64,000 bases of DNA from Octopus sinensis (Eukaryota): positions 85,126,001 to 85,190,000 of the forward strand of contig NC_042997.1 of the NCBI RefSeq assembly GCF_006345805.1. Direction: 5' to 3'. Position numbers and translations under genes: made by a program. Below the pieces are notes generated by a model. It did no database searches. It saw only the letters and a program-made list of their open reading frames with translations, and was not told where the DNA came from. The stretch's first letter is position 1, and the number at the start of each line of letters is the position of its first letter. This document shows positions 12,580 to 22,894 of this stretch, one piece after another.

Positions 12580-13365
12580 TTATGATAATGTTCATACAAT
12601 AGTAAGTATTCACCTAATTATGTTCACATAATAGTGACTATTAACCCAGTTAGGTCCATGCAATAGCCAGTTTTGACCCAACTATCCCACAGAATAGTGA
12701 CTATTGATCCATATATGTTTACACAATAATGACTATTGACCGAGTTATATCCACACAATAGTGACTATTGACCTAATGGTGCCCAAACAACCGAGATTAT
12801 TGACCTGTTTTTGTTCCCGAAATAGTTACTATTGACCCTTTTATTTTCACGTAAGTCTGTTGACTTAATTATAATTATGCAGCCGTAAAAAATATTCCTC
12901 TAATTATGTTTATAAAATACTAAGAATTCCTTTAACTATTCTAACGTAAGTATCGACTGACATATCCATGCAATAGTAAGCAATGACCCAATTATGCTGA
13001 TGCAATATGTATTTACCTAATTATATATAGAATAGTATTAATATTGATCTAATTACGCTCATGCCAAAGTAAATATAGATCTAATTGTATCCAAACCATA
13101 GTAAATATTGACCTAGTTATGTTCACATAAGTGTGACCTTTATGTCCATAGAAAAAAAAGTAACAACTTATTTACGTTCATGCAATAGTAAGCATTGACC
13201 TAATTTTGTGCTCAAGCAAAACTAGATATTGATCTAAATATGTTTATACAATAGTAAGTATTGATCTAATTATACTTTTGCAATAGTAAGTATTGACCTA
13301 ATTGTGTTTATGCCATAGTAAGTATCGACCTAGTTATATTCAAACAATAGTGAATATTGATTAAT
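12580..13365. repeat. Diverged 32-bp minisatellite, ~24 copies
   Basis: Approximate consensus ATTGACCTAATTATGTTCATGCAATAGTAAGT; 32-nt register visible at 13261, 13293, 13325, 13357. Confidence 0.85.
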
Positions 13366-15698
13366 TATTTTTTTTTTTATCGGAGAGGAACAAACCAGTG
13401 TGGGAAGTCTTTACATGTTCGCTTGATCGGCAAAAAATAACTGATAATTTTTTTTCAGTTTATACCCTAAGGTTTAAAAAAGAAACGTGGGAGAAAGCAT
13501 TGGGCAAATTAAACAATAAAGTCCTTGATAAAAAGCGAGCTTTTTAACGACACAGCTATGCATCTGTCTATAGTAATAATTAATAAAAAAGAAAGAGAAA
13601 AAATTAAAAGAGCCATAAGTCTACTCGATTTCGATCACAGAGGGTAAACAACAATAAGAAGTAAACAAGAATAACAGGTAAACAACAATAACAAATCAAA
13701 AACGAAACATATTTCCTCTTGGTCTCAATAGCTATAGCTCAACACAACTTTTCCAGCAAATTGAAAATGGCCTGAGAAGATATTTCTTTGTTTTTTATTT
13801 CGTTGGTTTGTGTGGGAGAAAACATTTTGAAACTTCTTTAGATAAGAGCACTAGAGATTTAGCATATGAGAAATGGCCGTGAGTCGTACGTAATCGGTCT
13901 CCTTACTACGTTTAGATCAGAAGTTGATCGCAGTTGGCTTGAATCAACTCATCACCAATGTGGATATTTTGTTTATCTTTACGTAATATTTTCTGGAAGG
14001 AAAGTTTAGGAGAGAAGACCATGTTGTCCAAGGCTTTCTCCACTCCATGAGTGATGTCTGTTCCATTACATATCAAGAAACAGAATGATCGAGTCGATCT
14101 GCTTAGAACATACTAAACGAATTGTGAAATCAATAACAACTTCTTACATAAATATAAGATAGTGTATTCGGTGATTAATGATGGAGTTTCTACATGGACA
14201 CTAAACCTAGTAGAAATATTAGCCGAATCTTCTTTAAATTAAACCCTAACCTTAAAATGGAAGGAAGCAAGATCATGTTGGAATTATGTAGACCTAGATA
14301 TCCTATATTTGCAAAACGTGATGCAATGCTTTTAATCATATATTTAGTCAGGGCTAAACTATAACTGGACAACAATCAGAGAACTTCGTTGGGTTTTATT
14401 TTTGTTAGAGAAAAGAAAACAGAGAAGACATGATGTTCATACCTTTCTTAATAAGTATTAACAAATTAAGTTTCCCGCTAAGAAACAGCTATTAAAATGA
14501 ACTTACTAATAAATTAGGGACACCACAAGACGATGCAAGTGGATTACATACATGTTTGATGTTTGGATGTCACCGTCCGACTTTCAAAAAATATCAGTCA
14601 GAGTTCAATTAAATTATATCCAACCGTTTTCTAAAAGTAGACACTTTGGATAATATGATTGTAGATAGAAAATAAAAAGTGTCGAAATGGTCATAGTCGG
14701 AATGTGTTTGATCAAAGGTTTACTCAATCAGGACTAATCTGGAACTGAAGAAAAATAACAACTGCAACTAAGACGACGATGGTGAGCCTCTGCAGTTTCT
14801 TATAAATTGATGACATAATCGACCTGACGGCTCATCCTTGCATATAATGAGTAATAATAAATAGTAAGTTATTAACGCTGAGAAACCACAAAGAGTTAAC
14901 ACAGTCACTGAAAGAGAACTGCCAAAGGAAGAACAGTTTCAAACGAACGGAATTGGTAAGTGATGTAGGAGGAGAGCAGAGAGAAGAGGAAATTGGTGGT
15001 GGAGCGGTAATGATTAACCTCTGTGACCTTCATTTCACCAGAAACAAACTTAACCTACATTTGTATAACCTGCAGGTCGGACTGTCAATCAAAAACATAA
15101 AATAAAAAATAAATATAAAGAAAAATAGTACAACAGAAATACAACAGAAAGTATGTAGAACCGACTAACCAATGATTTTTCACTGTACTTTGAAAGAGCA
15201 ACTGAATTTTATTCCTTCTAAACATTCCAAACAAAAGTGCAGATAGTAGAAGTAATAGAGCCATAGATAGCTGACATGTATGTAAGCGGTTTGTATATCA
15301 ACAGCAACGTTACGGTGTTTTTGTGGCTAAAGCAACCTAATTCTATACTGACCAGTAACCTAAATGTAAATGGGGTACATGAACCAATGTGGGAGTCTCG
15401 TCATGCTCGCTTGACCTACGAGAAATAGCTACCATACCTCCCCCAAATCCCACTCCACTCTATTAAAGGAGGGGTAAGACATTAAATAATATAGTCCGGA
15501 TGGGATGCTTTTAATCAAAGGTTTGCACGATCAGAGTTAGTCTATTGTTAAGCCACAGTAAGTTGTTTAACAAGTGAACTAAGAAGACTCTATGTGGTTG
15601 CCTGACTTGCTAGAAATAGCAGTCAAACCTTCCTGAAATCCCACACTTTACTTACTGTTTTATATAAGAATAGAACATTATATAATGCAGACTTAAAT

Positions 15699-15948
15699 TA
15701 GCGGTCCCAAACCTAAGCTCTATAGAGATAGTACTGGAAGTCCGTGCTCAAAATTGTAAAAGTCTGCAGTGTAAAACATAATTACTCAGATTATGTGATT
15801 TTCAAACGAGATGTGAAACTAGGAAAACTGAATTGCATACTTAATAAGCTTATTGAGTAGGCAGACTTTTCAAAAGCATGGGGCTTGTGGGAAACTTCAT
15901 CTAAATAGAAAAAAGTGTCCATGGATATGAAAAAATTGGGAAATACTG
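15699..15948. mobile_element. Diverged hAT-like MITE
   Basis: Ends tagcggtcccaaac ... ttgggaaatactg resemble Charlie-type TIRs; weak similarity to 35952 and 59056 copies. Confidence 0.45.
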
Positions 15949-15992
15949 CTCTGGAAATATCTTTAAACTAATGACTTTTAGATTTATTTAGT

Positions 15993-16154
15993 ACAGACGT
16001 AACTGTGTGGTAAGAAGTTTGCTTCCCAACCACATGGCGCCGGGTTCAGTTCCACTGCGTGACACCATGGGAAAGTGTCTTCTACTATTGCTCCGGGCCG
16101 ACCTGAGTCTTGTGAGTGGATTTGGTAGACGGAAACCGAAAGCTGCTTGTTGTG

Positions 16155-16204
<50 letters not shown>

Positions 16205-16440
16205 GAGAGAGAGAGTGTGTGTGTGTGTGTGTGTGTGTGTCTACCACCACTTGACAACTAGTGCTGGTTTGTTTACGTCCTCCATAACCTAGCAATTCTA
16301 CCATGGAGTACGTTAGGATAAGTATCAGGCTTTAGAAAAATAAGTACTAGGGTTGATTTGCTCAACTAAATCTGTCAAGACGGTACCCCAGCTTGGCAGC
16401 AGGTCAATGACTGGAACAAGTAAACAGTAAAAGATAAAAG
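15993..16440 (+). mobile_element. SINE family A
   Basis: Collinear with 9161-9545, expanded internal microsatellite. Confidence 0.82.
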
Positions 16441-16491
16441 ACTTGCTGCAAAACAAAGCATCATGTCATAAAAGTTGACATTTCGCCAGAT

Positions 16492-17302
16492 CGGATCTTT
16501 GTGGCCTTCGTTACTGTTTGGTATATGGATTAAGTTTTCTATACTCATTATGAAACTGAAGTTCATTTTGCCTATAAACCACAACTAAAAAGTTATTAGC
16601 CTTTAAAATTTGCAAAATTTGGGTGTTTTAGCAAATCAAATCACCTTGGCGAAGAACTCTGTTTCCATAGTAACCAAAGCAACGAAACACCACGTATTGC
16701 ATAGCTGATTGTGAGAACTCTGTTTCCATAGTAACCAAAGATGCTGCGCAAGCGCACAATGAGTGTAAACACTACATGTTCTATAATTGTTTATTTTCAT
16801 AACGGTAGGAATTCGATCCTAAAACGATGGCCACAGCTTTAAACCTTTCCTATGTGGAGAAGGAGATATGAGAAAGATAATTTATTTTATGAAATCATAG
16901 AGTGTATTGCAAACTTTCGTTCTTGAATTACGTTAACTAATAAATGTCTGTTTTAAACAGTGTTTTGACTGTTATTTCTTGCAACTCCTGTTAATTTGTT
17001 CGTAGCGTTTAAATATTTAATTTGCTCACGTATGTTTTCACGTTTTTCACTGATTACTGTAGCTAGTTTAATGTCTTGACAAGCCGATGACGATGGAAGA
17101 GGCAACGAACGCGTACTCTTTTGATTGGCTGAAAATTATCAAATTTTGAACACTTATAACATTTTTGCCAAATTTTGTTGGGTATAAATGATTAACAAAT
17201 TTGGATGCAGCGCCAAAAATCACATCTATCTGATACATTGAAACATTTTTTTAAAAGATAATTGTAAAAATTGTAGACAGTGACGAAAACCACAAAGATC
17301 CG
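16492..17302. mobile_element. Non-autonomous TIR element (~810 bp), superfamily unclear
   Basis: cggatctttgtggccttcgttactgttt (16492-16519) versus reverse complement of 17275-17302, cggatctttgtggttttcgtcactgtct: 24/28 match. Confidence 0.65.
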
Positions 17303-17553
17303 CCAGACCACCGCAGAAGGATTCGTTTATATGTAATGGTGCTTCAAGGAGAAGTCAACTCGACAGTCTCTTCTTTAATTTTATCAACCCTGGAAGGGAT
17401 AAAAGCCAAAACGGTCAACAGAGAAATTTAGACTCAGAACGCAAGGAGTTGAAAGTAAACACAATAAAACACTCTACTGTTTTGCTACTCCAAATACAGT
17501 ATTAACTGCAGCATGCAGAACAGACACACCGAGTAAAAGCGTATAATTTAGAA

Positions 17554-17810
17554 TAGTAGTTCTCAACCAGGGTCTATATGACCCTTGGGGGTCCATATAA
17601 GATTTTGCTGTTAAAATTTATGTGCAATAAATTGGTTATGCTTCCACAATATACAAAATATTTTAACAATTTAAAAAAATATATATATCATAATGATATT
17701 TAATTCTAAAAATACAATAGGATTTTTAAAATATCTGATGTCTATGAGGGACAACCAGAGTAATATAGGAATGAAAGGAGTTCGCAGACCCCAAAGGTTG
17801 AGAACCGCTG
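17554..17810. mobile_element. hAT (Charlie-like) MITE
   Basis: TIRs tagtagttctcaacc / ggttgagaaccgctg; 8-bp TSD atttagaa / atttagag. Confidence 0.85.
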
Positions 17811-18414
17811 ATTTAGAGTATGATGATGCATTATTTCAGTCCATTTCTCACATTCTGCATTCATTCAGGCCATTTCTCACATTCTGCATTCATTCATATA
17901 GAAACAACCTTCAGATTAGAGGTGATGATATTCAGTAGCAACAGATTGGTATTTCTGTCAAGGAACCAAAACGTTATTATTACTTATAGAATTAGATAAG
18001 ATGCTATATTGATTGGAGTTAGCCAAACACTCTTAATTTCTAGTGCTTCATTTGCTATTTTATATTTTATATTTGCTATTTTAATTTCTAGTGCTCCCAT
18101 CTGCTATTTTATATTTCTGTACTACTTTAAATACAAGAACCACCCCCAGCGTATGAAAAAAGACGGAAGTTTGCCTGGTACGGTCATGCATCCCGCTACA
18201 ACTTCCTGCCTAAAACCATTCTTCAGGCACAGTTGAGGGAGGGCGAAAGAGAGGAAGACGGAGAAAATCCTGGTTTGACAATACCAAGTACTAAACAAGT
18301 CACAACACAGTAAACCTGCTACGCATGGCAGAACAGAGATTAGTGGCGACAGCTGACTATGAAGGTGTCTAGAATGGTACTCCAACGACTGGCTGCATTA
18401 GTTAAGGGATCTTA

Positions 18415-18448
<34 letters not shown>

Positions 18449-20029
18449 CTACTTTATATGGGTGGACTATGGCGGAACGCTAAAGAGCCGTTGGTTTCGA
18501 TCCCAATGCGTGCCATTTTGAGTAAGTGCCTTTTATCTCAGCCTCGAGTCGACCCGAGCCTTGTGACAAATTTGGCTGGCGGAGAAAGCATGGAAGTCCA
18601 TTGGACGGATTGAACTCGAAGTTTAAAAGTCCAGCCTTGTCACATAGAGTGTGGCGCTGATTCTGTCTACTTAACTATGGAATATTCAGTCACTTACACG
18701 CTAACGTAAAAATCAGGTGGTTCATCATCGAAACCGACGGGAATCCCTTACAATTTATAAACGGAAAGTTAGGTCGTTAGTGAAATAGATAATCGGCTGA
18801 TAATTCTGTGGTTTACATTTTATACTGGCAGGTGTGTACCACATTAACTACCAAATTACTTCAGCCACCTTAGTTGTGAGATATACCACTGGCGCAGTAG
18901 CGCACCCCGAGCATCACTTTTATAGGGCAGCACTTTTAGATTAGTTGTATAAGCCTGTATAAAGGGAGGAGTAGCAATTCAGGGGCTAGAAGGCACACAC
19001 TATAACTACGCCATTTGCACCAAGAGTAACATTAGTGTAAATTTGGCAATAAGCTGATTAAATTAATTTAGCGCTAACCTACTTAGTATTTCTAGTTAGG
19101 ATTTTATGTATTAGATACATTAATACTGGCTTAACTATTAATTTTCATTAATTTATCTATTAGCTTCCAGTGTGAATTCACTGTGTTCTGTGGGTCTGGT
19201 TGGAGCAGTTATTCTCGTACTTAAGAATTCTACAATTCTATCGACCCACGTTCCATTTCTAAATCGCAGAAAATTTATAAAGGCTAGAATATGCACCAGT
19301 CTATTCCACATAAAAATTGCGACACAGAGACACCCGCCACTTAGTGGACCTATTTCCGGATTGCAAGGGAAAACCCCACTCCTCTTCATCCCAAATAAAA
19401 AAGGAAAAGAATATAAGTCCCATGGGAAAATTGACGAATTTTTCGTTAGCTTATCACATGTTGGCTTAAGGCGAATAGGTTTATGCTATAGGTTTATACA
19501 TGTCGGTTTGTCAGCAACGCTTGACTTGTAGTATATATTTTGGCTTCTACTGCCTACAGTGGCATGTTGGGTGTACGTTTATTCGTGATATGTAGAGCTG
19601 ATGTATATATATAATCCAAGGAAACACTGGCTCTATACCTAGTATTCTAGGGAAATAAATTTCCTTTAAATAATAGGAATATATGTATAACAACATATAC
19701 ATTATATTCATATAAGAGAAGAAAAAGAAAATGGAAATAGCGAATCAGTCTGCTATAATGAATCCGTAAACTCAAGTAAAATATCCAAGAGTATATGTTT
19801 TTCCTCTGAAGGTCATATAAATTTCATGTTTTTTTTTTACTTAATATTCACTGAGTATGAATAGAAAAAGGACTAAGTGATGATGATTAATTTCCTCTTA
19901 ATAATAAACAATTATTAAATCCTCAATCGCTATTATAAAAAATAAAATAAAGAAATATATTTTCTTCCTCTACTTTCATATAAATATATATATATAAATA
20001 TATATATGTAAATGTAAAAAAAATACAAA

Positions 20030-20245
20030 CTGGGACAAGAACGTGAAACATTTAAAAGACGATACAAAAAACACGGACGGGACATTCGAAGCCTTCAATC
20101 TTCAGTCAAGAACCGGAACATCTTCGCAATTTCGGCTGATTAATCTTGAGATTGCTCAGATCTGGCCAGCCCCAAAGGAAAATCTAAGCCAAGCACATTA
20201 GATTTCTTGGAAGAAAGCCTCGACGAAAACAAGGACGGAAAAACG
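20030..20245. repeat. Dispersed repeat, second copy at ~25345-25560
   Basis: Shared cattcgaag...tcttcagtcaag...aatttcgg.tgatta..ct.gagattgc...tctggcc.gcc..aaggaaaa.ctaagc. Confidence 0.75.
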
Positions 20246-20711
20246 GACGATGTTACAGAATAAAAATACAAAAATACGTAAAAAACAATAATGATAACAC
20301 GAATAAGAATACAAAAATACGTAAAAATAATAATGATAATAATAATAACAACAAAAACAGGACGTCACAGACAAGCGTCTTTTCGACAGGACGAGTAAAT
20401 TTTTGAGCCGGCGTTAGAAAAAAGCCTCAAGGCTACAGAGAGAAAAAAAATGTGTCTTGCCGCAACGGTTGCTGACCACGAAGAGGCTAGCAATCGGTTG
20501 GCTAGTCACGTGTGAGGGAAAGAGAGAGGAAAAGCGGGACAGATGAAGAGAGAAAGAAGGGGAACAAGGAACAAAGGAGGAGGAGAAGAGAGAGAGAGAG
20601 AAAGAGACAGATCAAAGTGGAGTGCAAAGTGTGAAAGGCAGAGAAATGTAGGAGAGGGGGAGAGAGACAGTGTTGTAGAGTCGTACCATGTGTTGAAGAA
20701 TATAGAAGACG

Positions 20712-20766
<55 letters not shown>

Positions 20767-20906
20767 TACATACATAAATATAACCATATATATAAATATT
20801 ATATATATATAAATACATATATATATGAATATTATATATATACATAAATGTATATCTATATCTATATGTGCGTGTCTGTGTAAACATATATATATATATA
20901 TATATA

Positions 20907-20959
20907 CTTTATTTAAAGCAGCAGAAAATTCAACGAATTTTCTGCTGCTTTAAATAAAG
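20907..20959. repeat. Perfect 25-bp inverted repeat with 3-nt spacer
   Basis: ctttatttaaagcagcagaaaattc-aac-gaattttctgctgctttaaataaag. Confidence 0.95.
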
Positions 20960-21028
20960 CATATTACTCTACACTGGTATTTGAGTACTCTTTTCCCACC
21001 TTGTTTCACAGTTATGTGTTTACTCCGG

Positions 21029-21151
<123 letters not shown>

Positions 21152-21170
21152 TAACCACATGTAGATCATG

Positions 21171-21632
21171 CAGTTCTATATTTAAGAGATGAGGAATTAT
21201 GTACATTGTTTACATTTGACGGATATTTGTCCTCATCTTTGTTGTTAACACAATGTTTCAGCTGATATGTCCTCCAAGCCTTCATCAGGTGTCTTGGGGA
21301 AATCTCGAAGCTAGATTCTCATTCCTAAGGTATTTTTCAACATTATTATTATTATTATTATTTATTATTATTGTTATTATTATTATTATTATTATTACTT
21401 TTTTTTTTCTTCTTTCAAATTTTCTTCCATTTCTTGCCGAGTGTCTTCCCGACTCCTAGGGCAAAGAAACTCATAGTGTATATTGGTAGGCCATTAAACC
21501 AAACTCAGTAGTTCGTTCATTTTTTTTTTTTATTTTTAAAAATTTTTTTTTAAAGTTAAATTAAAATTAAAATACATGAGCAGCAACAGTTCTCACATCG
21601 ACAATGCTCTTCTCAATACGTATGATGTACCA

Positions 21633-21691
<59 letters not shown>

Positions 21692-22290
21692 TATTATTAT
21701 CATCATTATTCAGGTCACTGCTTGGAATCGAACTCGGAATCTTTACCACAGCGCCATATGCCCGTGAGCAATTATGGAGTTAATTTTTTTGGCTTATATA
21801 TCTAATATTTTCCTATCCTTCTTAATACCGGTTTCCATATGCTACTCGGTCTCCTTAGGAGGTTGTTTTGTCCTAGCATACGTCATGCTTCTTTTAGTTT
21901 TCGTATTTTCCAGTGGTATTCTCTATCTATAATTGTAACTTCATCACACAGGGGGAGGTGATCTCCATTTTTCCATACATGATCAGCTATACCCGATTTA
22001 TCAATATCTCACAACTTTGCGATGGTCGTCTACCCTTATTTTGAAGGGGCGGCATGTGTCGCCTTTGTATAACCTGCCACAGCTGCATGGGATGGTGTAC
22101 GCGCAGTTTTTGGTCTGGTTCTCTTCTGTTGGTGGTTTTACTCGAAGGAGATATTTGCGGTGTGTTGTATTACTCTTGAATACTGTCCTGATGTCATATG
22201 GGCCGCATATCTTTTGTATCTTTTCGGAGAGGACTTTCACATAGGGTAGACAGACTGTGGACAGTTTATTGGTTTCATCCTCTCCCTTTT
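21171..22290 (-). mobile_element. Penelope-like retroelement, 3' part (GIY-YIG endonuclease plus terminal repeat region)
   Basis: VCLPYVKVLSEKIQKIC...NCAYTIPCSCGRLYKGDTCRPFKIRVDDH, continuing after a frameshift as SGIADHVW...IIDREYHWKIRKLKEA; typical of the Penelope GIY-YIG domain. Confidence 0.88.
21247..21293 (-). ncRNA. Minimal type I hammerhead ribozyme motif in Penelope terminal region
   Basis: Minus strand: GACAC CUGAUGA A GGCU-UGGAGGACAUAUC-AGCU GAAAC AUU GUGUU; intact CUGAUGA and GAAA, 5-bp stem I, 4-bp stem II; same strand as and downstream of the GIY-YIG ORF. Confidence 0.72.
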
Positions 22291-22304
22291 CTTCGCATAT
22301 ATGT

Positions 22305-22338
<34 letters not shown>

Positions 22339-22445
22339 GGTTGTGTAAATATGTATATAAATATGTAGTGGTTACATATATATGTCAATCGTTGGCGAAT
22401 TTTCTTCTCCGTCTTCCTTTTCTCTGGGCATTCTTCCGGCTCCCA

Positions 22446-22478
22446 TTTCTGACGATGTGCTTTGCTCGAAATGTAGAA
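22446..22478 (+). ncRNA. Degenerate minimal hammerhead-like motif
   Basis: UUU CUGACGA U GUGC-UUU-GCUC GAAAU GUA GAA. Confidence 0.4.
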
Positions 22479-22653
22479 CTAACTTTCTTTCCTTCCCTGA
22501 GTGTCTGCTAATACTTTGCATGTACGATGGCCTCGCGTTATTGTTGTATTCTTGTGTTCTTTCCTCGTTTCTTTTTGGGGATTTATCATTTTTAATATAT
22601 ATATACATGTATAAATATATGTATATATGTATATATATATACATATGTATATA

Positions 22654-22690
<37 letters not shown>

Positions 22691-22894
22691 TATATATATA
22701 TATATTATATATATATATGAATATCTATATAAATATATACATAAATATATACATATGTATATAAATATATATATACACATACAAATATATATATATATAT
22801 TAATATATATAAATATATATATACATATATATAAATATATAAATACATATATACATATATATAAATATATTAATATATATATAATATATATACA

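Noticed and set aside
12580-13365. CRISPR-like periodic array
   Set aside because: Head-to-tail units without unique spacers, no cas genes, eukaryotic context
13760-14380. Possible decayed Penelope RT fragment
   Set aside because: Only vague resemblance, no diagnostic motif readable by eye
19153-19531. 119-aa and 78-aa ORFs in non-repetitive sequence
   Set aside because: No recognisable domain and no convincing splice context
20075-20115. CUGAAGA-containing motif on the minus strand (also 25432-25465) as a hammerhead
   Set aside because: GAAA is GAAU and stems I and II cannot be drawn consistently in both copies
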